Part shown: piece after piece, positions 1-10,359 of the stretch
Layout: each line of letters starts with the position of its first letter
How positions within the stretch are numbered: position 1 is the stretch's first letter
Assembly: GCA_029937655.1 (NCBI GenBank)
Contig: JAPYPK010000001.1
Coordinates: forward strand, 1-42,287
DNA length: 42,287 nt
Direction: 5' to 3'
DNA from: Nitrospinaceae bacterium
GTDB lineage: Bacteria > Nitrospinota > Nitrospinia > Nitrospinales > VA-1
Made by a program: the position numbers and the translations under genes
The notes under the pieces: model-generated
The model's database searches: none
The model's input: only the letters and a program-made list of their open reading frames with translations
What the model was told of the DNA's origin: nothing

Positions 1-1
1 A

Positions 2-790
2 TATAGAGTTGTTGTTATTCCAGTAGAAGCCGCGCTACCGCGGGAAGAAGCAGAGGAAGAAACAGAAATGATTTCTGCGACAGAAACAACGCGCGAAGAG
101 CTATATAACAGCATCGGTAAAAACGCTCGTCTAAACCAAACCTACCTACTATTAATTTTTTTATCAACCGTTGTGGTTGCTATTGGACTTTTAAAAGATA
201 ACGTTGCGGTAGTTATTGGTGCCATGGTTATTGCTCCTTTACTGGGACCCAATCTGGCCATGGCTTTAGGAACGGCATTGGGTGACACTGACCTGATGTG
301 GAAAGCTTTTAAGACTGGACTAGCGGGCATGAGCCTAGCGCTAGTCTTGTCTATCCTTATCGGTATTTTCTGGCCTTTAAATATTGAAAGTCGGGAGCTT
401 TTGGCACGAACAAATGTTGGGTTGGACTCCGCAGTTTTAGCGATGGCATCCGGAGCGGCGGCAGTAATATCTTTAACTTCGGGCATTCCAAGTATTCTCG
501 TGGGTGTAATGGTAGCAGTTGCTCTATTGCCTCCGGCTGCAACCATGGGATTAATGTTGGGTGCAGGGCAAACTGACTTAGCATACGGAGCAGCGTTTTT
601 GTTAGCGGTTAATATTGTGGCCATAAACCTTTCTGCTAAACTGGGGTTTTTGATCCAAGGAATAAAACCAAGAACTTGGCTAGAGAAAAAAAAAGCCAAA
701 CAGTCAATGCAGTCTTACATAATTATCTGGGTGCTAACTTTGGCTGCCCTTCTGCTTGTTATTTACTTTCATCCTGATTTTATAAAGTAA
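2..790 (+). CDS. DUF389 / TIGR00341-family integral membrane protein (5'-truncated by window edge)
   Basis: The frame of ORF 68..790 stays open back to nt 2 (RVVVIPVEAALPREEAEEETE-M...), so the gene starts upstream of the window. It has a multi-TM Gly/Ala/Leu-rich domain (VVIGAMVIAPLLGPNLAMALG) typical of DUF389. Confidence 0.7.
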   Translation, partial: YRVVVIPVEAALPREEAEEETEMISATETTREELYNSIGKNARLNQTYLLLIFLSTVVVAIGLLKDNVAVVIGAMVIAPLLGPNLAMALGTALGDTDLMWKAFKTGLAGMSLALVLSILIGIFWPLNIESRELLARTNVGLDSAVLAMASGAAAVISLTSGIPSILVGVMVAVALLPPAATMGLMLGAGQTDLAYGAAFLLAVNIVAINLSAKLGFLIQGIKPRTWLEKKKAKQSMQSYIIIWVLTLAALLLVIYFHPDFIK

Positions 791-831
791 TATTCGCAAA
801 TAGATTTATTTTAAGGAAATAATTAATTCTA

Positions 832-1455
832 ATGAAAGTTTTGTCTGTCCATGTTGGATCCTTACAAGAAATGCTACGAAATGGGAAAAGAGTTCAGACA
901 GGAATATTTAAGCGGAAGACTGAGGGGCCAATAAAAGTTACACGACTCGGATTAGAAGGAGATGACCAAGCAAATAAGAAAATTCATGGTGGAATACATA
1001 AAGCAATTTGCGTTTATCCTTCAGAACATTATGACCTTTGGAAAGAAGAGCTAGGAAATTCAGGTTTATCGTTTGGGGATTTTGGTGAGAACTTAACTAC
1101 TGCAGGATTGATGGAAGGAGATATTCATCTTGGTGATCAACTGCGTATTGGGTCGGCTGAAATGGTGGTGACTCAGCCGAGGGAGCCTTGTATTACTCTT
1201 AATACACGGCTGAACAGAAAAGACTTATCAGCACGTATTCGCAAATCGGGTCGGAGCGGTTTCTATTTCTCAGTTGTGAAAGAAGGCATTATAAAAAATG
1301 GTGATTCCATTGAGTATATAAATAGAGACGAGAACAGGGTTACGGTATCAGATTTTAATCAAATAATTAATGGGGCGTCAGAGGTTGCAGATATCATTCT
1401 CCGAGCTTCTAAAATAGACGCCTTGCCACCAAAACTGAAAGGTCAATTTCTCTAA
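832..1455 (+). CDS. MOSC domain protein (YiiM-like)
   Basis: 207-aa ORF with MOSC-like motifs: LEGDDQANKKIHGG, FGENLTT, and VVTQPREPCITL with the conserved Cys. The short C-terminal helical tail resembles YiiM. Confidence 0.8.
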   Translation: MKVLSVHVGSLQEMLRNGKRVQTGIFKRKTEGPIKVTRLGLEGDDQANKKIHGGIHKAICVYPSEHYDLWKEELGNSGLSFGDFGENLTTAGLMEGDIHLGDQLRIGSAEMVVTQPREPCITLNTRLNRKDLSARIRKSGRSGFYFSVVKEGIIKNGDSIEYINRDENRVTVSDFNQIINGASEVADIILRASKIDALPPKLKGQFL

Positions 1456-1542
1456 AAGCGAATGCACTTGATGGTTAAGTAAAAGTACTTTTTAAATTAG
1501 GTTGTATTCAATACCAAAAAAATATTTCTAAAGCCTCACGAT

Positions 1543-1989
1543 CTACTCTCCAATCAAATGAAGGTGAATTTTACGCGTGTGTGGTTGACTTCGATGTTCG
1601 AATAGATAAATATCCTGCCAAGTTCCTAGAGAAGGATTCCCTGAATTTACTGGAATTGATATTTGGGTTTGTGTGAGAGCAGACCGAATATGTGCAGGCA
1701 TATCATCAGGACCCTCCGAGCAGTGAAGATAGTTAGGACCATCTTCTGGAACCAGTTGCTGAAAAAACATCGTTAGGTCATGCAACACATCTGAATCTGC
1801 ATTTTCCTGAATGGTAAGCGATGCAGAGGTATGGGGAACAAAGACAGTTAATAATCCTGTAGAAATTTTTTGTTGGGCTACCCACAGCTTAACTTCAAGG
1901 GTGATGTTGTAAAGACCCTTACCACTTGTTGAAGTGGACAATTGATGGTTTGCCTGCCGCACAGAAATCTCCGTAAATAGACAAAACAA
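1543..1989 (-). CDS. yjbQ: YjbQ/UPF0047 family (secondary thiamine-phosphate synthase enzyme)
   Basis: 148-aa ORF with family-typical motifs: VFVPHTSASLTIQENADSDVLHD, EGPDDMPAHIRSAL, LGTWQDIYLFEHR. Confidence 0.85.
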   Translation of the reverse strand: MFCLFTEISVRQANHQLSTSTSGKGLYNITLEVKLWVAQQKISTGLLTVFVPHTSASLTIQENADSDVLHDLTMFFQQLVPEDGPNYLHCSEGPDDMPAHIRSALTQTQISIPVNSGNPSLGTWQDIYLFEHRSQPHTRKIHLHLIGE

Positions 1990-2216
1990 TTTAGAGTTAA
2001 CTTTTGAAGTTATTAGTATATCTACCTAAAAGTAAGAGGTCCATTGCCATCGAAAAATCGGAGAAACGGATTCTCCAAAACCAACTTATCAAAAAGAGGT
2101 ATTTTGATTGCCACTTTAGAAAATTGCGTCACACTGATAGTATATGTAAACGTAGAGTCTAAGGGAAATAGCAAAACTAGACGTGGTTCCTACTGAAACT
2201 AAAATAGGAGAGAAAT

Positions 2217-3647
2217 ATGCCGGTATCCCCTGATAAAGAAGTGAGCTTTCTTGAAAGTGTTAATCGTTCGTTTGATGCTGCTTTAGCTACTCTTGATATT
2301 CCCGAAGACATGGCTCAATACATAAAAAATGTAAATAATGTGTATCAAGTTAGGTTTCCAGTAAAAATTAATGGCAAGGTAGAAAATTTTATTGGGTGGC
2401 GTTCAGTTCATAGCGATCATCAACTCCCTGCCAAGGGCGGTATCCGTTTTGCTCCTAACGTTAATCAGGATGAAGTAGAAGCCTTGGCGGCACTTATGTC
2501 CTATAAATGTGCATTGGTTGATGTTCCTTTTGGTGGGTCGAAGGGTGGATTGCTTATCGATCCAAAAAAATACGATCGTGATGCAATGGAAAAAATAACA
2601 CGTCGTTTTGCGTATGAATTAATTCAAAAAGATTATATCGGATCTAGCATTAACGTCCCCGCACCCGACATGGGAACAGGACAGAGAGAAATGTCGTGGA
2701 TAGTAAGTACCTATGCGGCTCACCGCCCCAAAGATATAGATTACTTAGGTTGTGTTACTGGCAAGCCTGTTTCCGCAGGTGGTATTCATGGTCGTATTGA
2801 GGCGACTGGGCGTGGTGTTGTGTTCGGACTTCGCGAGTTTTTTCGTCATCCCGAGGATGTTAAGCTTGCGCATCTAAAAGGGGATACATTAGAAGGCAAA
2901 GAAATTATTATTCAAGGCCTTGGTAACGTGGGTTATCACACTGCAAAAATTCTGGAAGAAGAAGATGGCGCAAAAATTGTCGCTATTTTGGAATGGGATG
3001 GCGCGATTTACAATAAAAAAGGCCTCAACGTCGAAGAGGTTTACCAATATAAAATAGAAAATAAAGGTGGAATCAAAGGATTTGGAAAGGGACAATATTT
3101 TGAAAAGAGTGCGCAACTGTTAGAGCAAGAGTGCGATATTCTTATTCCGGCAGCAAGGGAAGGGGTTATTAATCAGGCTAATGCTCCACGTATTAAAGCT
3201 AAACTGATTGCAGAGGCGGCGAATGGACCAGTAACTTTCAATGCGGAAACTATTCTTAATGAAATGGGAGTTGTGATTATCCCAGATGTGTATCTTAACG
3301 CCGGGGGAGTTACCGTTTCATATTTTGAATGGATCAAAAATCTCTCACACATTCGATTTGGCCGAATGCAGAGGCGGTATGAAGAAAATCAGAATAATTT
3401 ATTTATAAAGGCTATTGAGCAGTCTGGGAAAAAATTACCAGAAAAAATGGTTTCGCAAATTGGACAAGGTCCTATTGAAATTGATTTAGTCCGGTCGGGA
3501 CTCGACGACACAATGCGGAGTGCCTTTCAGGAAATTCGTGGACGTTACTGGGGGGAGAAAAAGGTGAAAAGTTATCGAACGTCGGCGATGTCAATCTCTA
3601 TAGAAAAGATTTATAACCGTTATAGCATCTTGGGTATCTACCCATAA
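2217..3647 (+). CDS. Glu/Leu/Phe/Val dehydrogenase family (probable glutamate dehydrogenase)
   Basis: Contains KGGIRF, catalytic-Lys region PFGGSKGG, APDMGT and Rossmann motif GLGNVG. AGGAGA Shine-Dalgarno lies upstream of the ATG. Substrate specificity cannot be told from sequence alone. Confidence 0.85.
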   Translation: MPVSPDKEVSFLESVNRSFDAALATLDIPEDMAQYIKNVNNVYQVRFPVKINGKVENFIGWRSVHSDHQLPAKGGIRFAPNVNQDEVEALAALMSYKCALVDVPFGGSKGGLLIDPKKYDRDAMEKITRRFAYELIQKDYIGSSINVPAPDMGTGQREMSWIVSTYAAHRPKDIDYLGCVTGKPVSAGGIHGRIEATGRGVVFGLREFFRHPEDVKLAHLKGDTLEGKEIIIQGLGNVGYHTAKILEEEDGAKIVAILEWDGAIYNKKGLNVEEVYQYKIENKGGIKGFGKGQYFEKSAQLLEQECDILIPAAREGVINQANAPRIKAKLIAEAANGPVTFNAETILNEMGVVIIPDVYLNAGGVTVSYFEWIKNLSHIRFGRMQRRYEENQNNLFIKAIEQSGKKLPEKMVSQIGQGPIEIDLVRSGLDDTMRSAFQEIRGRYWGEKKVKSYRTSAMSISIEKIYNRYSILGIYP

Positions 3648-3737
3648 CCATTTTCACAGGTATCGCTAGCGTTGTTAGAAATTAATGATATATTAGCCCC
3701 CCGGTAGTTTTTTGTTTAAACCTTCTTAAGGTACAGC

Positions 3738-4841
3738 ATGCCCGACCCTCAAGACAACTTCCAGTCTAAGTATGAACAAAGTGGTGTTTCTAGTCGAGGA
3801 GCAGAGGACGCGCTTTCCGGACTATTGGAACATGTTCTCCCTACGAGAAAATTTAGTAAACGTTTTCCTTTAGCAGCTGATATCGGATACTTTGCAAACG
3901 TTATAAATATTGGTGGCGGGCAAGGTATCGCTTTTGGTACTGATGGTGTTGGAACCAAGATTATTATAGCGGAGCTTATGGACCGTTATGACACGATTGG
4001 TATTGACTGCGTGGCTATGAATGTTAATGATCTGATTTGCGTTGGAGCGAGACCGGTGAGCATGGTTGACTATATTGGCTGCTCGTTTACCGATGCAAGA
4101 ATTTTTTCAGAAATTGGAAAGGGTCTCGCCGAGGGAGCTAGGCAGGGAGAGATCAGTATCTCTGGTGGTGAAATTTCTCAGATCAAAGAAATTATCAATG
4201 GGGTAGATCTCATTGGTGCATGTATAGGGCTCGTTTCGATCGACAAAGTTAATACAGGAAAAGATATCCAGCCGGGTAATATGATTGTTGGCCTTGCTTC
4301 AAGTGGAGTGCACTCAAATGGACTGACTCTGGCTAGGAAAATTTTACTTGGTGAAACGCGGCAAGAACAAGAAAAGAATATCAATAAGTTTGAAGAGCGG
4401 CTTGGGCGTACTCTTGGAGAGGAATTGCTAGAACCTACTCGTATCTATGTGAAACCGATTATGGAAATACTTGGTGACGGCATTGACCTTAAAGCAATGG
4501 TCCATATAACAAGTGGGGGCTACAGCAATCTGAATCGTGTAGAAAATGATAACATTCGTTTCGTGATTGATCCGTCGCCACCTGTCCCCGAGGTATTCAA
4601 ACTTATTCAGGAAAAAGGTGAAGTCTCTGCTGCGGAGATGTACGAGGTCTTCAACATGGGAACCGGATTTGTGGTTGTTGTGAACGGAATGGAGGAATTT
4701 ACCAAAATATCAACAATTTGTAAAAAACATGACGTAGCCGCTCAAGTGATTGGGTGTGTCGAACCCTGTCAGGGGAAAGAAGTTACCATACCGGAATTTA
4801 ATCTGATAGGTAGAGGACAAAAAATTACAAAAATTAAATAG
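3738..4841 (+). CDS. purM: Phosphoribosylformylglycinamidine cyclo-ligase (AIR synthase, PurM-type)
   Basis: Contains GTDGVGTK, GIDCVAMNVNDL, SSGVHSNG and FNMGTGFVVVV, the PurM-family signature order. The N-terminus is somewhat atypical. Confidence 0.75.
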   Translation: MPDPQDNFQSKYEQSGVSSRGAEDALSGLLEHVLPTRKFSKRFPLAADIGYFANVINIGGGQGIAFGTDGVGTKIIIAELMDRYDTIGIDCVAMNVNDLICVGARPVSMVDYIGCSFTDARIFSEIGKGLAEGARQGEISISGGEISQIKEIINGVDLIGACIGLVSIDKVNTGKDIQPGNMIVGLASSGVHSNGLTLARKILLGETRQEQEKNINKFEERLGRTLGEELLEPTRIYVKPIMEILGDGIDLKAMVHITSGGYSNLNRVENDNIRFVIDPSPPVPEVFKLIQEKGEVSAAEMYEVFNMGTGFVVVVNGMEEFTKISTICKKHDVAAQVIGCVEPCQGKEVTIPEFNLIGRGQKITKIK

Positions 4842-4917
4842 CCTGTGAACTATTTCGTATGAATAAATATCCTAAGGTGTGCGGGAGATTTAGAAAGTTT
4901 TATTTATAAAGTTGTTG

Positions 4918-6276
4918 TTAGAAAAACTTCGCGCAGAAAACCAAAAAAACTGCAACTGGACTGATATAGCGGATGAGAAATCCCCATACATGGCCCCAGT
5001 GAAATTTTGTTTCATGTTTTTCAATTTCTTCTTCCGCAGATTTTGTGCCCCATACCCAACCGACAAAAATTGCTGTTAACATTCCGCCTAATGGTAATAG
5101 GTAGTTAGAGGCAATATTGTCGACGTGGTCAAAAAAATTCATATCAAATAGTTTGGTTTCTGACAGTACCCCAAAAGACAAACCAGAAGGTACTCCAAAA
5201 GCAAAGATGGTGACAGACGTAACGAGAACAGCTTTTTTTCTATCCCATTTTCTTTGGTCGATAAAGTAGGCCACTACCACTTCCAAAAGGGATATGCCCG
5301 ATGTTATTGCTGCGATAGCAAGCAAGGCAAAGAAAATGATTGAAACCAAATTGCCAAATGGCATATCCACAAAAACAGCCGGCAACACGCTAAATACAAG
5401 ACTAGGTCCTTCGGTGGGCTCTAGTCCCATGGCAAATACTGCAGGAAAAATCACCATGCCAACCAGTAGTGCGATTACAGTGTCAAAGATAACCACATAC
5501 ACCGTTGCGGAGGTTAAGTTTTCTTGTTCTGGAAGGTAGCTTCCATAAGTGAGCATGCAGCCCATGCCAAGGCTGAGTGAAAAAAAGGCCTGTCCTAATG
5601 CGATTAAAATTGTTTGAGGGCCAATTTTGCTAAAGTCTGGTTTTAAATAAAATTCAATACCTTCCATTGCACCTGGCAGTGTCAATGAGCGAAACATAAG
5701 AAAAATAAGAATAATCACTAGAGTTGGCATCAGAACTTTGCAGGCCTTCTCAATCCCACCGTGAATACCGCGTAAAACAATGCCAACGCAAATTGCCATG
5801 AAAAGAGCGTGATAAAAAAGAACTTCCCATGTGTTAGCGATAAAGGAGCCAAAAAACTGTCCCGCCTCTTTTGGCGAAGAAAAATCACTCATTGTATGAG
5901 TGAATGCTTTAACAAAATAAGCTAATGTCCATCCACCCACTACTGCATAAAAAGAAAGGATGAAAAAACCAGCTAGCACTCCCATGTAACCGATCTTAAC
6001 CCAATGGGATTTAGGCTTTAAGGACTGAAATGCTCCAACTGGATTGAGGCAGGTTTTTCTGCCAATGGTAAATTCGGCGAGCATTATTGGGAGTCCTACA
6101 GCGATAGTGCAAAGAATATAAATTAAAACAAAAGCACCCCCCCCATTTTGACCTACGATATATGGAAATTTCCAAATATTGCCAAGTCCCACGGCAGAAC
6201 CTGACGCAGCTAAAATAAATCCGAAGCGTGTATTCCACAGTCCGCGTGATTTTTGATGGTTATTTTTTATTACCAT
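4918..6276 (-). CDS. Sodium-dependent transporter, SNF (neurotransmitter:sodium symporter) family
   Basis: N-terminal SNF signature W..RFGFILAASGSAVGLGNIWKFPY, with about 11-12 hydrophobic segments. Confidence 0.9.
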   Translation of the reverse strand: MVIKNNHQKSRGLWNTRFGFILAASGSAVGLGNIWKFPYIVGQNGGGAFVLIYILCTIAVGLPIMLAEFTIGRKTCLNPVGAFQSLKPKSHWVKIGYMGVLAGFFILSFYAVVGGWTLAYFVKAFTHTMSDFSSPKEAGQFFGSFIANTWEVLFYHALFMAICVGIVLRGIHGGIEKACKVLMPTLVIILIFLMFRSLTLPGAMEGIEFYLKPDFSKIGPQTILIALGQAFFSLSLGMGCMLTYGSYLPEQENLTSATVYVVIFDTVIALLVGMVIFPAVFAMGLEPTEGPSLVFSVLPAVFVDMPFGNLVSIIFFALLAIAAITSGISLLEVVVAYFIDQRKWDRKKAVLVTSVTIFAFGVPSGLSFGVLSETKLFDMNFFDHVDNIASNYLLPLGGMLTAIFVGWVWGTKSAEEEIEKHETKFHWGHVWGFLIRYISPVAVFLVFCAKFF

Positions 6277-6396
6277 TAGAAATAAAAGATAGTGGTGGAG
6301 AATGCCACGTCATCATAAAAATTAATGTAAAATAAATTTAATAGTCATGAATGTAAAAACCAAGTATTACACCTTTCAAGTATTTTGGAATGAAAG

Positions 6397-8241
6397 ATGA
6401 GAAAAGATATTACTAAAATTTTAACTACAATTCCTAAACTGCCCGGTATTTATATCATGAAGGATTGTCGGGGGGAAATTCTTTACATTGGTAAGGCAAA
6501 ATCTCTAAAACTTCGAGTCCGTTCATATTTTCAAAAATCTCGCCACATGCCCATTAGAACAAGGATTTTTACCGATAAGGTGCAAGATATTAAATTCTTA
6601 ACAACCGCAACAGAAGCAGAAGCATTGATTCTTGAGAGTAATTTTATTAAAAAACATCAGCCTAGATATAATGTTCTACTAAAAGATGACAAACATTATC
6701 CATACCTTCGACTGACAACGCAGGAACGATTTCCAAGACTGGAAGTAGTTCGTCTTGTTAAAAAGGACAGCGCTACCTATTTCGGACCCTACACCATGGT
6801 CAAAGAAATAAGGGAAACTATCCGGTTGATATATAAGATTTTTCCACTTCGGCAAAGCAAGGACCGTTTGGATGGTACCGCAATAAGAAGGCCATGCTTA
6901 AACTACCAAATGGCTAGATGTCTAGCGCCCTGTGCAGGATACCCTACAGAGTTGGAGTACAATCAAATTGTTCAAGACGTAGTACTTTTTTTAAAGGGTA
7001 AAAATAATGAATTAGTGAAAAGTTTAGAAAAAAAAATGAAGTTGGCAGCGAATCAATTAAACTTTGAAGAGGCAGGAGTTTATAGAGATAAAATTCTAGC
7101 GGTAAAAACAGTTTTAGGCAAACAAAAGATCATATCCACCTCTCTCGAAGATCAGGATATTTTAGGCTACTGCCGTGACCATAGTCAGGTAATGGTTCAG
7201 GTTCTTATTGTACGAAATGGAAAAATGGTTGGTGAAAAAATATATAAAATAAAAGGACTGGCAGACATTGATGATAATGAGATTTTATCATCTTTTATTA
7301 AGCAGCATTATATTGACCAAATTCTTCTTCCAAAAGAAATTCTTTTGCCACATTCAATAGATGATATTTTGCTCATATCAGATTGGTTGTCGAAAAAAAA
7401 GAAAGGTCGTGTTCGTATAGAGATTCCTTCAAGAGGGAAAAAAAAAGATCTTGTGTGCATGGCAGAAGAAAATGCTAACTTTGCATTAAGAACAGAGTTG
7501 GATAAGGGAGAGCTTAGCCTGCGAAGCCTGGATGAATTGCAGGAGACTCTAGGACTAAAATCTTTTCCAGAAGTAATCGAAGGATTTGATATATCAAATA
7601 TTTCTGGAAAGCATGCGGTGGGGTCAGTTGTGGTTTTTAAAAATGGTGTCGCAGAAAATTCAAAATACCGACGATATAAAATAGCTGATGTCAAAGGCAT
7701 TGATGATTATGCGATGTTGCGAGAAGTAATTAATAGAAGGTACCGTCGTCTTTTGAGAGAGAAAAAGGCTATTCCAAACCTCATTTTAATCGACGGTGGA
7801 TTGGGGCACCTATCTAGTGCTGAAAAAGTAATACGCGAACTAGGCCTTTTAGAGAAAGTTGACCTAGCCTGTATCGCAAAAGGAAAATTTCGTAATACTA
7901 TTGAAACTGACGAGGTATTATTGCCTGGGAGAAAACAGCCAATTTATTTCCGGGAAAATTCTCCATCTCGATTTTTACTGCAGCGTATTCGAGACGAGTC
8001 CCATCGATTTGCAATATCATATCATCGAAAATTACGTGATAAGAGTTCGCTGAGCTCGCCGTTGGAGTTGATTTCAGGAATAGGGAAAAAAAGGCGTTTG
8101 CTTCTTCTTAAAAGTTTTGGCAGTCTTGATGCTATAAGAAAATCTTCAATGATTCAGCTGCAATCTGTGCCGGGAATAACAGAAAACCTAGCTAAAAAAA
8201 TAATAACCAGTTTGGAATCCGATCAGGCCATAAATGCCTAA
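6397..8241 (+). CDS. uvrC: Excinuclease ABC subunit C
   Basis: GIY-YIG N-terminus (PGIYIMKDCRGEILYIGKAKSLKLRV), UVR domain (LNFEEAGVYRDKI), an endonuclease domain and a C-terminal HhH (SGIGKKRRLLLLKSFGS). 614 aa. Confidence 0.95.
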   Translation: MRKDITKILTTIPKLPGIYIMKDCRGEILYIGKAKSLKLRVRSYFQKSRHMPIRTRIFTDKVQDIKFLTTATEAEALILESNFIKKHQPRYNVLLKDDKHYPYLRLTTQERFPRLEVVRLVKKDSATYFGPYTMVKEIRETIRLIYKIFPLRQSKDRLDGTAIRRPCLNYQMARCLAPCAGYPTELEYNQIVQDVVLFLKGKNNELVKSLEKKMKLAANQLNFEEAGVYRDKILAVKTVLGKQKIISTSLEDQDILGYCRDHSQVMVQVLIVRNGKMVGEKIYKIKGLADIDDNEILSSFIKQHYIDQILLPKEILLPHSIDDILLISDWLSKKKKGRVRIEIPSRGKKKDLVCMAEENANFALRTELDKGELSLRSLDELQETLGLKSFPEVIEGFDISNISGKHAVGSVVVFKNGVAENSKYRRYKIADVKGIDDYAMLREVINRRYRRLLREKKAIPNLILIDGGLGHLSSAEKVIRELGLLEKVDLACIAKGKFRNTIETDEVLLPGRKQPIYFRENSPSRFLLQRIRDESHRFAISYHRKLRDKSSLSSPLELISGIGKKRRLLLLKSFGSLDAIRKSSMIQLQSVPGITENLAKKIITSLESDQAINA

Positions 8242-8363
8242 GACTTAATACCCTAAGTGACGATAAGATAAGGGTGGAAGAGTTAATTTCTCATGAATCA
8301 AAAATATTTTATATTTTGCTAAGTACTTAATTACTAAGAGATATTTAATGTGGGCAAATAAAA

Positions 8364-9113
8364 ATGAAAAAAAACCAAAATAAAACATTTAATTTTCTAA
8401 TAAGACAAGGGTTAATCACAATAATTCTTGGGCTTTTATTTACTGTTAGCTCGACACAGTTAATCTATGCCGAAAAGGCAATTACACCTCTGTTGCATAA
8501 GGAGGCGACAATTCTTTTTGATAGAGAAAAGCAGTTGTTTAATGCCCGTATAAAGGTTGACTGGGAGAAGATGCATAGTTTGCAGCACCCGGAATTCAGA
8601 AAAAAAGTCTCTGCGGCTGAAATAGAATACTTTGAAGGATGGGTGGCGTCAGATTATAGAGAACAGGCAAAACAGAATGCGCATATTTCAGGTGCTTATG
8701 TTCCTACTTTGGACCATATAAAAAAGAATAAATATAAAAAAGATCCTTTAGGCTTTCCTGTGAAAAGAAGATATGCGTGGAGCGGGGATCCCTACCTAAA
8801 AATAAAATCGTTCTCTTTAGAAAAAATTTCTATAAGTACAGATGGAAAATACGCTAAGGTAAAGGTGATGCTAAAAGGCCGGCAGAGATTAAACCCCGCT
8901 GCAACAAGGGGGGGGGATTACGAATTTGCTGCACAGTATCCCACGACCGATTATTGGGAAAAAGTGAATGGAAATTGGTTCATCACATTATTATCCGCGC
9001 CTGTTAACTCAAGTGGAACAGGAATTCTTAAGTACTTTGCTCCTAATAATAAAAGTGGTTGGGGGAAAGCGGGATTCGTGGAAATAAACCCCGCAGATCT
9101 CAAGTTCCCTTAA
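8364..9113 (+). CDS. Hypothetical exported protein
   Basis: 249-aa ORF with an N-terminal signal/anchor segment (LITIILGLLFTVSSTQLIYA). I recognise no family motif. Confidence 0.55.
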   Translation: MKKNQNKTFNFLIRQGLITIILGLLFTVSSTQLIYAEKAITPLLHKEATILFDREKQLFNARIKVDWEKMHSLQHPEFRKKVSAAEIEYFEGWVASDYREQAKQNAHISGAYVPTLDHIKKNKYKKDPLGFPVKRRYAWSGDPYLKIKSFSLEKISISTDGKYAKVKVMLKGRQRLNPAATRGGDYEFAAQYPTTDYWEKVNGNWFITLLSAPVNSSGTGILKYFAPNNKSGWGKAGFVEINPADLKFP

Positions 9114-9150
9114 AATAAGGCCTAGTAAGGATTTTTTTTCAGAAGAATAT

Positions 9151-10308
9151 ATGAGTATCGATCTCCCCTTCCATAAATCTTGGTTCGATGAGGATGAAAT
9201 TAATGAGGTTGTTGAAACCTTAAAATCCGGTTGGCTTACTACAGGCCCGCGAACAAAACGATTCGAAGATGACTTCAAAGAGTACATTGGGTGTGATTAT
9301 GCCATTGGGTTAAATTCCTGCACAGCGGGTTTACATTTAGCTTTGGCGATACAAGGATTCGCGCCTGGCGATGAAGTTATAACTACGACAATGACATTCC
9401 CCGCAACGGCGAATGTAATACTACATGAACGTCTTTCCCCGGTTTTTGTAGATGTGGAACCAGGAACGCTGACGATGGATGTCAGTCAAATCCAAGAAAA
9501 AATAACACCCAAAACAAGGGCAATTATACCAGTGCATTTTGCGGGACATCCGTGTGATATGGACCCCATAATGGATCTAGCTCAGAAGCACAAACTTTTA
9601 ATTATCGAAGATGCAGCCCATGCTCTGGAAGCAAAATATAAGGGTCGTAAAATAGGTAGCTTGGGAAACCCAACAGCGTTCAGTTTTTATGCAAACAAAA
9701 ATATTACGACTGGTGAAGGTGGAATGTTAACAACTAACAACGAATCATTAGATGAAATGGTTCGTGTCATGCGCTTGCATGGCCTTAGTCGAGACGCCTG
9801 GAAACGCTTTGGGAAAAGCGGTTTTTCTCAATGGGAGCTTACGATGCCAGGATACAAATACAATATGGCAGACATAAATGCCGCGCTTGGAATACATCAG
9901 CTTAAAAAAATTGGTCGCTTTTTAGAAATTCGAAAAAAATATGCGGCAATGTATGATGAAGTATTTTGTCAGATTCCAGAATTAGAAATTCTTGAAACAA
10001 GAGACTATGCAGAGTCATCATACCATCTGTACATTATTGCGTTGCGCGTGGAACAATTATCGATAACTCGTGACCAATTTATTGATGCGATTCAATCGGA
10101 AGGTATCGGGGTAGCTGTACACTATCAGGCACTTCATATACAACCTTTTTACAAAAAAGAATTTAATACTCGTTTAGAAGCGTACCCCGTTGCGACTAGT
10201 TACTCAGATAGAATTCTTTCTATTCCTCTTTACCCACGTATGTCAACTCAAGATGTTGAACGAGTTTCGAATGTGGTTGTGGATCTGATTTCACGCAACC
10301 GCAGATAA
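9151..10308 (+). CDS. DegT/DnrJ/EryC1/StrS-family PLP-dependent sugar aminotransferase
   Basis: Contains GWLTTGP, the DAAHA region (IEDAAHALEA) and the PLP-lysine motif SFYANKNITTGEGG. 385 aa. Confidence 0.9.
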   Translation: MSIDLPFHKSWFDEDEINEVVETLKSGWLTTGPRTKRFEDDFKEYIGCDYAIGLNSCTAGLHLALAIQGFAPGDEVITTTMTFPATANVILHERLSPVFVDVEPGTLTMDVSQIQEKITPKTRAIIPVHFAGHPCDMDPIMDLAQKHKLLIIEDAAHALEAKYKGRKIGSLGNPTAFSFYANKNITTGEGGMLTTNNESLDEMVRVMRLHGLSRDAWKRFGKSGFSQWELTMPGYKYNMADINAALGIHQLKKIGRFLEIRKKYAAMYDEVFCQIPELEILETRDYAESSYHLYIIALRVEQLSITRDQFIDAIQSEGIGVAVHYQALHIQPFYKKEFNTRLEAYPVATSYSDRILSIPLYPRMSTQDVERVSNVVVDLISRNRR

Positions 10309-10359
10309 AACACAACAAATCTATGAGCGGCCACAAAATTATCGGAGAGAACTCAACTT

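Noticed and set aside
142-699. 185-aa minus-strand ORF antisense to the DUF389 gene. Similar long antisense ORFs occur at 7308-7700, 11779-12147, 13021-13356, 15157-15585, 16342-16665, 22952-23428 and 27629-28075.
   Set aside because: Each lies wholly inside a gene with strong family motifs on the other strand. Their products are low-complexity or Ser/Pro/Arg-rich with no recognisable motifs, as expected for shadow ORFs of Gly/Ala/Val-rich coding regions.
2059-2076. Small hairpin GGAGAA-ACGGA-TTCTCC in the yjbQ/gdh divergent spacer, considered as a possible attenuator or terminator.
   Set aside because: The stem is only 6 bp. The T-run exists only on the minus strand, where no upstream gene needs terminating, and no riboswitch-like conserved elements are recognisable.
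6137-6144. G/C homopolymers inside conserved genes, considered as phase-variation sites: C8 at 6137-6144, G7 at 11582-11588, G7 at 13161-13167.
   Set aside because: They encode conserved Gly-Gly(-Gly) positions in SNF, the TPR-like protein and RecN using GGG codons. This looks like codon usage rather than contingency loci.
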